In this document: positions 38,167 through 46,890 of the stretch, piece after piece | Layout of the letters: every line of letters starts with the position of its first letter | How positions within the stretch are numbered: position 1 is the stretch's first letter | NCBI GenBank assembly: GCA_040901675.1 | Contig: JBBDYJ010000028.1 | Coordinates: 35,336-99,335, forward strand | Origin: Pirellulales bacterium | GTDB lineage: Bacteria; Planctomycetota; Planctomycetia; Pirellulales; JAICIG01 | Direction of reading: 5' to 3' | DNA: 64,000 nt | Notes under the pieces: generated by a model | What the model saw: only the letters and a program-made list of their open reading frames with translations | Databases searched by the model: none | Told to the model about the DNA's origin: nothing | Made by a program: the position numbers and the translations under genes

Positions 38167-38769
38167 ATGCTCGACGTGGAAGTCATCGAGAATCCGGCGG
38201 CCGCCACGGTTGCCCTGGAGCCCGTCAGGAGCCGGCTGCTCTCAGAATTGGCCGAGCCCGCCTCCGCCGCGACCCTCGCCGCACGGCTGGGGCTTGCGCG
38301 GCAAAAGGTCAACTACCACCTGCGAGCCCTGGAGTCCCATGGGTTGGTAAGGATCGCCGAGAAGCGCCGATGGGGCGGCCTGACGGAACGCTTGTTGGTT
38401 GCCACCGCCGCTTCTTACATCGTCTCCCCCAGCGCGCTGGGCCCGGCCGCCACGGATCCGGGCCGCAGTGCCGACCGTCTTTCCGCAAGCTACGCAATCG
38501 CCCTGGCGGCCCGCGTCGTGCGCGAGGTCGGCGCTCTGGTGCGCCGTTCCAGGGAGATTGGCAAGCGCCTGCCGACGCTGTCGCTGGATACGGTGATTCG
38601 GTTCCGGTCCGCGGCGGAGCGCGCCGCCTTCTCCGACGAACTCACCAAAGCAATAACGACACTTGCCGGGCGCTACCATGACGAATCGGCCCCGGGCGGC
38701 CGAATGCACCGTCTGGTGGTCGTGGCGCATCCCTTGCCGCACGAATCCCGCACCAAGGAGCCATCATGA
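38167..38769 (+). CDS. ArsR-like winged helix regulator
   Basis: LEPVRSRLLSEL, RQKVNYHLRALESHGLV. Confidence 0.88.
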   Translation: MLDVEVIENPAAATVALEPVRSRLLSELAEPASAATLAARLGLARQKVNYHLRALESHGLVRIAEKRRWGGLTERLLVATAASYIVSPSALGPAATDPGRSADRLSASYAIALAARVVREVGALVRRSREIGKRLPTLSLDTVIRFRSAAERAAFSDELTKAITTLAGRYHDESAPGGRMHRLVVVAHPLPHESRTKEPS

Positions 38770-39605
38770 GCCTGAAGAAAGATGCTTCCGGACGCCGATC
38801 GGTCCAGGTCGAAGTCGAGGTCCCCGGCACGCCGGAGGAAGTCTGGCAGGCCATCGCCACAGGGCCCGGCGTCTCGTCCTGGTTCGTTCCGACCGAGGTC
38901 GAAGGGGGCGAGGGCGGTGTCCCGGTGCGTGTTGTCTCCCACTTCGGCCCAGGCGGGAGCATGGACTCAATCGCCACCGTAACGGCCTGGGACCCGCCAC
39001 ACCGCTTCGCCGCCGAGAGCCAGGACTTGGGCCCGAACGATCCGACGGTCGCCACGGAGTGGATCGTCGAGGCGCGCTCCGGCGGCACCTGCGTCGTGCG
39101 CGTGGTTCATAGCCTTTTCGCGAGCAGCGACGATTGGGACGGTCAGCTCGAGGGCTGGGAGTCCGGCTGGCCGGCCTTCTTCCGCATCCTGCGGCTCTAT
39201 CTCACGCACTTCCGCGGCCTGCCCAGCTCCGCCTTTCAACTGATGGGCGTCGCCCCCGAGCCCAAGTCCGACGCATGGAGTGTATTAACCGGCGCACTCG
39301 GCCTCGCCGGGGCCGCCGTGGGCCAGCGGGTGAGCACGCGCGCCGGCGCGCCGCCCCTGGCCGGGCTGGTCGAACGGGCCGGCCAGCCGGAGCACCCCGA
39401 AGAGCTGTTGCTGCGGCTCGAGCTGCCGGCGCCCGGCATCGCCCATATGTTCGCCATGCCCATGGGCGGCCAGGTTTACCTGCCGATCCGTCTTTACCTG
39501 TACTGCGACCAGGCGCCGGCCGCCGTCGCACGCGCCGAGCCTTTGTGGCAGGCGTGGATGAAGGAGCGCTTCCCTCCCGTCGGTGACGCGGGCAATGTCT
39601 GCTAG
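38766..39605 (+). CDS. SRPBCC domain protein
   Basis: EVPGTPEEVWQAIATGPGVSSWF, AWDPPHRF, ESGW. Confidence 0.85.
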   Translation: MSLKKDASGRRSVQVEVEVPGTPEEVWQAIATGPGVSSWFVPTEVEGGEGGVPVRVVSHFGPGGSMDSIATVTAWDPPHRFAAESQDLGPNDPTVATEWIVEARSGGTCVVRVVHSLFASSDDWDGQLEGWESGWPAFFRILRLYLTHFRGLPSSAFQLMGVAPEPKSDAWSVLTGALGLAGAAVGQRVSTRAGAPPLAGLVERAGQPEHPEELLLRLELPAPGIAHMFAMPMGGQVYLPIRLYLYCDQAPAAVARAEPLWQAWMKERFPPVGDAGNVC

Positions 39606-39637
39606 TTCGTTCGTTGTCTTTACCCAAGGAGAGCATC

Positions 39638-40615
39638 ATGAAGAAGTTCGCAATTGCATTGTTGGCCGTGGTGCTGGTAGCCGGGGCGGCCATGCTTGAG
39701 GCGCAGGACGCCGGGCAGCCGCCCGCGCCGGAAAAGGAGCACGAGTGGCTCCAGCAACTGGCGGGCGAGTGGGAGACGGAGGCCGAGGCATTCCTGGAGC
39801 CCGGCAAGCCGCCCATGAAATGCCAGGGGACGGAGAGCGCCCGCATGATCGGCGGGTTCTGGGTCGTTGCCGAGAACAAGGGCACCTTCATGGACGTGCC
39901 CATCACGGGCGTTCTGACACTGGGCCACGACCCTCAGAAGAAGAAGTACGTGGGGACGTGGATCGATTCCGTGTCCAACTACCTCTGGAATTATGAGGGA
40001 ACGGTAGACGCGGCGGGCAAGGTCCTGACGCTGGAAACCGAGGGCCCTTTACACGGCGCGCCCGGAAAGCTCGCCAAGTTCAAGGAGGTGATCGAGGTCA
40101 AGAGCGATGACCACAAGGTTTTCACCTCTTCCGTGCAGGGAGAAGACGGCCAATGGTCCACCATCGTGACCATCAATTATCGGCGAAAAAAAGCAGTCGC
40201 CGGTGAAGCAGCTCAAAACCCGCCACCTTCTGAGCAGGAGCCCGTCATGGCCGGCAACCGCATCGTCCACTTCGAGATTCCCGCCGAGCGGCCGGAGGCG
40301 CTGACCAAATTCTACAGCGAACTGTTCGGCTGGAAGTTCCAGAAGGCCGCCATCCCCGATCTGGAATACTGGCTCTGCGACACCGGCTCGGACGGGCCGG
40401 GCATCAACGGAGCGGTGATGCAGCGGCAAAACGCCGACCAGCCGTGGATGAATTACGTCGACGTGGCGAGCATCGACGCGGCCATGGAGAAGGCGACCAA
40501 GCTCGGCGCCCAAGTGGCGCTGCCCAAGACGCCGGTGCCGGGCGTCGGGGCCGTCGCGGCCATCGTCGATCCGCAGGGGAACGTCTGCGGGTTGTGGGAA
40601 CAGGCGAAGCAGTAG
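39638..40615 (+). CDS. DUF1579 domain fused to VOC/glyoxalase domain
   Basis: Signal peptide, EHEWLQQLAGEW, YVGTWIDS; then IVHFEIPA...DPQGNVCGLW. Confidence 0.85.
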   Translation: MKKFAIALLAVVLVAGAAMLEAQDAGQPPAPEKEHEWLQQLAGEWETEAEAFLEPGKPPMKCQGTESARMIGGFWVVAENKGTFMDVPITGVLTLGHDPQKKKYVGTWIDSVSNYLWNYEGTVDAAGKVLTLETEGPLHGAPGKLAKFKEVIEVKSDDHKVFTSSVQGEDGQWSTIVTINYRRKKAVAGEAAQNPPPSEQEPVMAGNRIVHFEIPAERPEALTKFYSELFGWKFQKAAIPDLEYWLCDTGSDGPGINGAVMQRQNADQPWMNYVDVASIDAAMEKATKLGAQVALPKTPVPGVGAVAAIVDPQGNVCGLWEQAKQ

Positions 40616-40824
40616 GCGATCGCAACGCAAGGACCGAAGCGACCGAGTGAGCCGGCCTGGGCCGGCGCCCGCTCGCTCGCTTCGGGCTTGTATCCGAGTC
40701 GGTCGGCAAAACCGATACGCCCACCCGGTTATTGTGAGTTATCCTTTGGTGTGCCGGGCCGGCGCCAGGGCGTGCCGCCATCGCCAGGCGGCACTTTTCA
40801 TGACCTCATGTCAGCGAGCCAGAT

Positions 40825-41457
40825 ATGAAATGGTCTACCGAAGAGCGCCAGCAGTTCTTGAGGGGCCTGGACGGCTTCGAGCGCATCGTGGTCACGTTCT
40901 ACCGGCTACTGTTGGGAGTGATCGTGGCGGCGGTCGTGGCGGTGGTTGCTTTCGTGATCATCCGCAGGCCTTGGGGCGACGGAAACCAGGGGGAGTGGTT
41001 CTACTTTTCGATCGCCGTGCTGCTGGTGCTGGGCTGGGCCGTCGGGCAGTTCGTCATGCTCGGCCGCCGGCAACGTCGCGAACCACCCCTAGCGTCGTTG
41101 CGCTCGAGCACTGAAGACGGCGTGCGGCGCTGGGAGTTCCGCTTCGGCCGCGGCGCCGGAGAATCGCACCAGGAGCCGATTGCCAGCGACGACGATGTCC
41201 AGTTTGGATTTTCAAAAAGCTTCGAAGTTCCACTGGCCTCGCTGCCGGCCGGCATGCTCCCCGATGAAGAAGCGCTGGCGTGTTTGGAAAGGGAATTTCA
41301 GCGGGGGGTGCCGATCGACGACGCGTGCGGGCTGGTCCAGCCGGCCTTCGCTGACTGGAACGAACGCGAACGGGAGGCTTACCGCCTGTATGTCACGAAG
41401 CTGCTGGACGAGCGGCGGCTCAGCGGATCAGTCGGGGGTCAAATCGGAAGGGCCTGA
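40825..41457 (+). CDS. Hypothetical membrane protein
   Basis: Two TM segments, 210-aa ORF. Confidence 0.6.
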   Translation: MKWSTEERQQFLRGLDGFERIVVTFYRLLLGVIVAAVVAVVAFVIIRRPWGDGNQGEWFYFSIAVLLVLGWAVGQFVMLGRRQRREPPLASLRSSTEDGVRRWEFRFGRGAGESHQEPIASDDDVQFGFSKSFEVPLASLPAGMLPDEEALACLEREFQRGVPIDDACGLVQPAFADWNEREREAYRLYVTKLLDERRLSGSVGGQIGRA

Positions 41458-41884
41458 AAGCACCGATCCGAAGGCGAGCGAAGTCCGGGTGCGACGGATT
41501 CAACAGGTAGTTGAACTCCGTTTCAACAACCGCGCTGGGCACCCGCAGCGCGGCCGATGAGTTGCTGCCCGCCCATGTATCGCCGACCTGCTTCAGTTCC
41601 ACGGGAGCGGGCTCCGACTGCCAGTTCGCCGGAAGTCTTGCGGCGTCGAGTTGTTCGACGAACGCGTCTTCCAGAGTGATTTCGCAAAGCTGGTACGCCT
41701 CCAGAAGTTCGTGCGAAGCAATGTGCACCAGCATCTCCAGTGCCGCCAGCGCGGCGCTGCCAGCCGTGTAAACGATCGCGGTCCCTTTGCTGTTCCATCG
41801 TCCGCCGAACTGCCGTGCCCCCTCGCCGGTGAACGCGCTGGCTGCATGCTTGGGCTTGAAAATCCTCCATGCGGCGATGCTCAC
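41420..41884 (-). CDS. RES domain toxin
   Basis: AWRI, GEGARQFGGRWNSKG, LAALEMLVH, VPSAVV, NYLLNPSHPDF; GTG start overlapping antitoxin stop. Confidence 0.92.
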   Translation of the reverse strand: MSIAAWRIFKPKHAASAFTGEGARQFGGRWNSKGTAIVYTAGSAALAALEMLVHIASHELLEAYQLCEITLEDAFVEQLDAARLPANWQSEPAPVELKQVGDTWAGSNSSAALRVPSAVVETEFNYLLNPSHPDFARLRIGAFRPFRFDPRLIR

Positions 41885-42345
41885 GAAAAGACCCCATGCT
41901 CGAGCCGCCCGATAAGGTCCTCGACTTCCCGGGCGCCGATTTCGGTCTCGACCATGGCAAGGGGAGTATTGTTTCCGAGAGCTTTGTTGGACGAGCAGAG
42001 CCACTGCCGCGCGGCTGCGACACTGCCTTCAAACAACTCGACCGCCTTCTCGAAGACCATGGCCAGGCGTAACAGCCGTTCGGACTCCTGCGGAGTGAAC
42101 CTCCCCTGTACCTTTCGGCGGGCCAGTGTCCGGCGCGGAATCTGGATCACCTGGCCGATGATCTCCAGCTGCAGGCCGCTGTTCCTTTGGAACGCGGCCA
42201 GCGACTGATACGGCAAACCGCTCTTGAGCTTCCGGACAACCTGCACCAGATTCGAGCTCTTCAGCCCCAAACTGCCGCCGGGCACAGCGAACACGTCGTG
42301 CGGGCCCGGCGCATCCGTCGTCGGTCGGTTGCCAAAAACGGCCAT
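41881..42345 (-). CDS. Xre/MbcA/ParS-like antitoxin of RES-Xre module
   Basis: RTLARRKVQGRFTPQESERL, ARQWL, ALGNNTPL, GRLEHGVFS; start uncertain. Confidence 0.9.
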   Translation of the reverse strand: MAVFGNRPTTDAPGPHDVFAVPGGSLGLKSSNLVQVVRKLKSGLPYQSLAAFQRNSGLQLEIIGQVIQIPRRTLARRKVQGRFTPQESERLLRLAMVFEKAVELFEGSVAAARQWLCSSNKALGNNTPLAMVETEIGAREVEDLIGRLEHGVFS

Positions 42346-42576
42346 AGATGCCTTCTTTCTCCGCCGCCGTCGGACATTATGCCACTCATGCACATTTTAG
42401 TTGCCAAATGGCACGTAAGCAAGGTCTCGCGGTCAGCGGTCGCCGGGCCCAAGATTTCACGCAACGTCTGGCCCGTGCGCACGAGAATCAATTCAGGCGG
42501 CCGTGCCGTCATGCGATGGCGGTCCGCCCAGATCGCCGGCGCACCGATCCAACTATTCAACGGGAGGTACCATCCG

Positions 42577-43074
42577 ATGCTTACTGAAACACTGCTCAAT
42601 GGCTACTTGGGAAAGCACATTTCCCAAATCTGCCCAAACGCCTTCCACGCTGACAGCGAGAACCATTGCGCGCACTTCGTCAGCCACGTCCTCAACCTCT
42701 CCTTCGGCATGACGTGCGGCAACCTGGTGGCGGGCTCCCAGCGAAAGGGCCCGGCCGGAAACGTCCGTGTCCAGGAGCTGTTCGCCCAGTGTCCCAACGC
42801 GCGCGAGCTTGACGTCTGCCCGCAGTACATGGAGGCCCTGATTTTTGTCAGCGCGCCGCGGAATTTCCAGACCGGCGGCAGCAGGCCAGTGCTTGCCAAC
42901 GTGCCCAACAAGCACATGGGCCTGTTCCTCAACGGCCAGATTTGGCACTACAGCAACTCTCGGCGGCAGGTCATCCAACAAATCCTGGCCCAGTTCATCC
43001 ACCACTACCCGCAGCAGCAGAACGCGCTCTGGGTCGGCGACCTGCCCATCACGGCCTCTGTTCATCATCCTTGA
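42577..43074 (+). CDS. Hypothetical protein, possible NlpC/P60-like Cys-His amidase
   Basis: NHCAHFVSHVL and KHMGLF...WHYSN; GGAGG RBS. Confidence 0.6.
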   Translation: MLTETLLNGYLGKHISQICPNAFHADSENHCAHFVSHVLNLSFGMTCGNLVAGSQRKGPAGNVRVQELFAQCPNARELDVCPQYMEALIFVSAPRNFQTGGSRPVLANVPNKHMGLFLNGQIWHYSNSRRQVIQQILAQFIHHYPQQQNALWVGDLPITASVHHP

Positions 43075-43200
43075 CGCCCGTAGCGATAGCCCGTCTCCTC
43101 GCCCACGCACGAAGGGACCAGCAGCCCTTGTTCGTGGTAAAAGCGGAGCGTCTTTACCGTGAGCCCCGTGATCTTCGAGAACTCGCCGATGCTGAACGCA
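43065..43200 (-). pseudogene. N-terminal fragment of MerR family regulator
   Basis: FSIGEFSKITGLTVKTLRFYHEQGLLVPSCVGEETGYRY then stop; start codon degenerate. Confidence 0.8.
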
Positions 43201-43253
43201 AATCCCTCTCGCCGGGCGCCACATCCTATCCACGACGCGCTGAACAGCAGACC

Positions 43254-43284
43254 ACGATACGGCCTCCACTAAGGGGAGAGTCAA
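43254..43284 (-). promoter_or_regulatory. MerR-type promoter (19-bp spacer with dyad)
   Basis: TTGACT-CTCCCCTTAGTGGAGGCCG-TATCGT. Confidence 0.75.
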
Positions 43285-43471
43285 GCTAGAAAATGATCGG
43301 GGAGGAAAATCCAGGTCAGGGCCGGTCGGCTGTGTCTCGCGCATCCAGCTCGGGCGGCCTGAATTCTGGCGAATTCAGCTACGGGATTTTTTTGTGATTG
43401 CTTGTCAGGATCCGAGCAGCGGCGGATCCACCGCAGCCCCGCATATGGCACTGGACAAACTTGCCGACCTA

Positions 43472-43500
43472 TTGACTTAACTCCCGGCCGGAGTTAATCT
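43472..43500 (+). promoter_or_regulatory. Promoter with overlapping palindrome
   Basis: TTGACT-17-TAATCT; TTAACTCC-N5-GGAGTTAA. Confidence 0.6.
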
Positions 43501-43644
43501 CTCTGCAACCGGGCAGCCTGCCGCGATCAGTTGATCGGACCAGGCAGTGTTGAATTGGCGACGAACGCCCCTTTGTGCAGCGGCACGACAGGTTTGTGCA
43601 GCGGCACGACAGGGGCTTTTTTATTCCTAATGCCCGTGATGCAC

Positions 43645-44454
43645 ATGGCTCGAGCCGGTTTACATGTCGTGGCCCTGGCTGGGTTGCTGCTGGGCCCCGG
43701 CCGTCTACAGGCCGCGGTCGTCATCGACGACTTCGACCGTCCGCAGCCGGCCGACCGCTTCTTCATCCTGGGTCCGCCCGGCATGGGCGACCCGAACCCG
43801 ACGTTGATTCAACGCTCGACGCTGGGAATCCTCGGCGGACAGCGGGATGTGCTGATCGAGGTCGTCGACGTCGCCCGGCCCGCTTCGGCGAACGGCCTGA
43901 TCGGTTTTGACGACGATTTCCAGTTGGGGGCCCTGCAACTCCAAACCCACGCCCCCGGAACCATCCTGACGCTGCAATACGACGGCATCGACGCCGACAC
44001 CACGGACCTCAACGATGCACGCGGCCTGTCGGCCGACCTGACCCAAGGACTGATAGGCACCGGCATCCTGATCGACTTTCTCTCGGTCGATACGCCGATC
44101 GGGCCGGGCCTGGAGTTGGAGATCGATATCACCAGCAGCGGGGGGTCGGCCAGCTATTCGGACCTGGTGGCGGAAAGCGACGGCCCGTTCACGTACTTCG
44201 CCCCCTATGGCCAGTTCAGCCTGCTGGGACAGTTCTCACTGACCGCGGTCGAGAGCATCACCTTGCGCTTCAACGGCCGGGGCGACCCGCACGTCGATTT
44301 CGAAATCGACGCCATCCGGGCCGGCGTCATCCCCGAGCCCACGAGCTGCCTGCTGTTCGGGTTGGCGGCCTGTTACCCGCTGGTCCACGGTTGGCGCGGC
44401 CGCAAGCAGTCGCGCGGCCGGCGCAACCAGCCGGCCATCTTCTCGTCTGCTTAA
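43645..44454 (+). CDS. PEP-CTERM sorting domain protein
   Basis: Signal peptide; C-terminal IPEPTSCLLFGLAA + basic tail; start uncertain. Confidence 0.85.
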   Translation: MARAGLHVVALAGLLLGPGRLQAAVVIDDFDRPQPADRFFILGPPGMGDPNPTLIQRSTLGILGGQRDVLIEVVDVARPASANGLIGFDDDFQLGALQLQTHAPGTILTLQYDGIDADTTDLNDARGLSADLTQGLIGTGILIDFLSVDTPIGPGLELEIDITSSGGSASYSDLVAESDGPFTYFAPYGQFSLLGQFSLTAVESITLRFNGRGDPHVDFEIDAIRAGVIPEPTSCLLFGLAACYPLVHGWRGRKQSRGRRNQPAIFSSA

Positions 44455-44693
44455 CGCCTCGCATTGCCGGGCCGAACCGTGGTGCGGCTGCCTAACCGTA
44501 CACCAGCGACAGGGGCAATCGAGCGACAATAGCCCGCCGGCGTGCCGGCCCTGCCACGGTCGGCACTCGGCCCGCGGCCGGATGCGATTGAACGCGCTGA
44601 ACCCGCCCACCCGCGGGTTCCTGGATTGTTCTGTACGGGGCCGAACGGCGAAGCAACCTGATCATTTGCAACCACGATGCCGGAAAGACACAC

Positions 44694-46721
44694 ATGACAC
44701 GCAGCCGAAGGTCCCTGCCCCCTGGTTGTTTCCTTAGCTTTGAGCGGTTGGAACGGCGCGAGGTCCTGGCCTCGGTCAGCGGCATCAAGTTCGCCGACTT
44801 GACCGGCGACGGCTTCAGCCCCGACGACGTGCCGCAGGGCGGCGTGACGATCGAGCTGTTCCTCGACGACGGCGACGGCGTGTTCGACCCGGCCGGCGAC
44901 CTCCTGCTGGCTACCGACGTAACCGATGCGATCACCGGCGGCTACCAGTTCGACAACCTGGCGACCGGCCGGTATTTCATCCGCGAACAGGTGCCTGCCG
45001 GCTCGATCCAGACCGGCGGACCGGCCTTTTACACGGTCGACGTGCTCGGCGACGACGCGTTCTCCAGCGGCGCGCCGATCGACGACTTCGAAAGCCCTTC
45101 GCCGGGCGAGACGTTCTTCATCAACGCCTTCAATCTTGATCCCACGCTGCTGAAGCACGTGACCAGCGGAGCGCTGGGCGGCGAGCGCGACGTGTTCATC
45201 GACGTGCTGGGCACCGCGAACCCGATTTCCGCCAGCGGGCAAGTCGGTTTCGACGGGACCGGCGGCTTTTTCACGTTCGCCACGGCCGCCCCGGGCACCA
45301 TGGCGGTGCTCGAATACGACGGAGTTGATGCCGACTCGCCGGGGCCGCCGGCGTCGCTGATCAACGCGGAGGGTCTTTCGGCCGACGTGACGGCCGGCGG
45401 CACCGCCACCGGCGTCCGGCTCGACTTTGAAACCCTGGAGGCCGGCCTGCTCCAGACCGAATTGGACGTGGAGATCCGCGCCACCGGCCCCGGCGGCGCG
45501 GCGGCCACGTTCACAGGCGCCATACCGGAGAGCATCGGGCCTTCGATCTTTTTTGTCCCGTTTTCCAGCTTCACGACATCCGGCGGATTCAGCTTCGAGA
45601 ACATCAGCAGCCTGGAGTTCATCTTCAACTCCAGCGGCGTGCCGGACGTCGACTTTCAGTTGGACTTCGTGGGCGCGGCCATCGCGGGGCCGGGCGGCTT
45701 CAACTTCGCCAACGCCGCGCAGTTGTCGGCTCTGGCAGGCTGCGTGTTCGTCGATGCGAATAACAACGGCGTTGTGGACGCGGGCGAGGCTGGCCTTCCT
45801 GGCGTGACTATCACGCTGACGGGAACGGACGACCTGGGCAACGAGGTGCTTTTGACCACGGTCACTGACAGCGACGGCAACTTCCGCTTCGACAATTTGC
45901 GTCCGGGCACGTACAAGCTCACCGAGACGCAGCCTGCCAATTTCGTCGACGGCCAGGAGGTGCTGGGCAGCCTGGGAGGCACGGTCACCAACGACATGTT
46001 CTCCGATATCGTCCTGCCGGCCGGGATTGTGGGAGTGGACTATTGCTTCGGAGAACGTGGCCGAGGTGATGTTTCCAAGCAGGACTTCTTTGCTTCCGCG
46101 CCTCCGGGGTCGGTGTTTTTCGTCGACGCCCTGTTTCGCCGGGTTTTGGGCCGGCCCGGTTCGCTGGAAGACATCGTGAGCTGGTCCAACACGATTAACG
46201 CCGGCGTGAGCATGGCGCAGGTGGCCGACGCCTTCTTCGACAGCGTCGAGCGCAAGACCGGCGTGATTGGCGATCTGTACGAACAATACCTGGGCCGCGC
46301 GGCGGACGCCGAAGGCCTGCGACATTGGATCGCCGTCTGGGACGCCACCGGCAGCCTGGAGCAGATCCAGGCCAGCATCATCGCCTCGCCGGAGTTCTTC
46401 GCGTCGTCGGGCGGCACCGATGAGGCCTGGGTGCTGGCCCTGTACCAGAACTTGCTCGGCCGCAGTGCCAGCTCCGCTGAGATCGGCTTCTGGACCAACC
46501 GGCTGGCGGCCGTGGACACCCGCGACATCGTGTTGGGATTCTTGTTCAGCGACGAGCTCCGCCTGGCGAGCATCACAAGCTGGTACGCCAGCGACCTCGA
46601 TCGGCCGCCCGATCCCGGCAGTGCCCAGTTCTGGCTCAGCCAGCTCAGGCAAGGCCTGACCCCCGACGACGTGCGCGTCCGTCTCCTGGTCAGCGCCGAA
46701 TCGCTGGCACGGTTCGGCTAG
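44694..46721 (+). CDS. Planctomycete extracellular protein with SdrD B-like and DUF4214-like domains
   Basis: FERLERREVLAS; GVTITLTG...TDSDGNFRFDNLRPGTYKLTETQP; LYEQYLGRAADAEGL repeats. Confidence 0.85.
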   Translation: MTRSRRSLPPGCFLSFERLERREVLASVSGIKFADLTGDGFSPDDVPQGGVTIELFLDDGDGVFDPAGDLLLATDVTDAITGGYQFDNLATGRYFIREQVPAGSIQTGGPAFYTVDVLGDDAFSSGAPIDDFESPSPGETFFINAFNLDPTLLKHVTSGALGGERDVFIDVLGTANPISASGQVGFDGTGGFFTFATAAPGTMAVLEYDGVDADSPGPPASLINAEGLSADVTAGGTATGVRLDFETLEAGLLQTELDVEIRATGPGGAAATFTGAIPESIGPSIFFVPFSSFTTSGGFSFENISSLEFIFNSSGVPDVDFQLDFVGAAIAGPGGFNFANAAQLSALAGCVFVDANNNGVVDAGEAGLPGVTITLTGTDDLGNEVLLTTVTDSDGNFRFDNLRPGTYKLTETQPANFVDGQEVLGSLGGTVTNDMFSDIVLPAGIVGVDYCFGERGRGDVSKQDFFASAPPGSVFFVDALFRRVLGRPGSLEDIVSWSNTINAGVSMAQVADAFFDSVERKTGVIGDLYEQYLGRAADAEGLRHWIAVWDATGSLEQIQASIIASPEFFASSGGTDEAWVLALYQNLLGRSASSAEIGFWTNRLAAVDTRDIVLGFLFSDELRLASITSWYASDLDRPPDPGSAQFWLSQLRQGLTPDDVRVRLLVSAESLARFG

Positions 46722-46890
46722 GGAGCGGTTGTTCGTTCGCCAGCAGGCGCCCTTGGGGCGACCTTCGGCCAAGCAGCTTTCCTGTCTTGCTGAGATACGG
46801 ATATCAGGGCCAGCAAGGCATTGCCCGGCGGTGAAGCACACGTTTCAATGTCCGTAGTAATACCACTGCGCGACGAAGGGAGGACTTGCT

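Noticed and set aside
18949..43400. Prophage, integrase or transposase in the accessory region
   Set aside because: No tyrosine/serine recombinase, DDE/HUH transposase or phage structural motifs found in the ORF track
44451..46841. Long antisense ORFs (e.g. 44451-46841, 13124-14524, 60532-62499, 25875-27221)
   Set aside because: Shadow frames of GC-rich genes with no recognisable motifs
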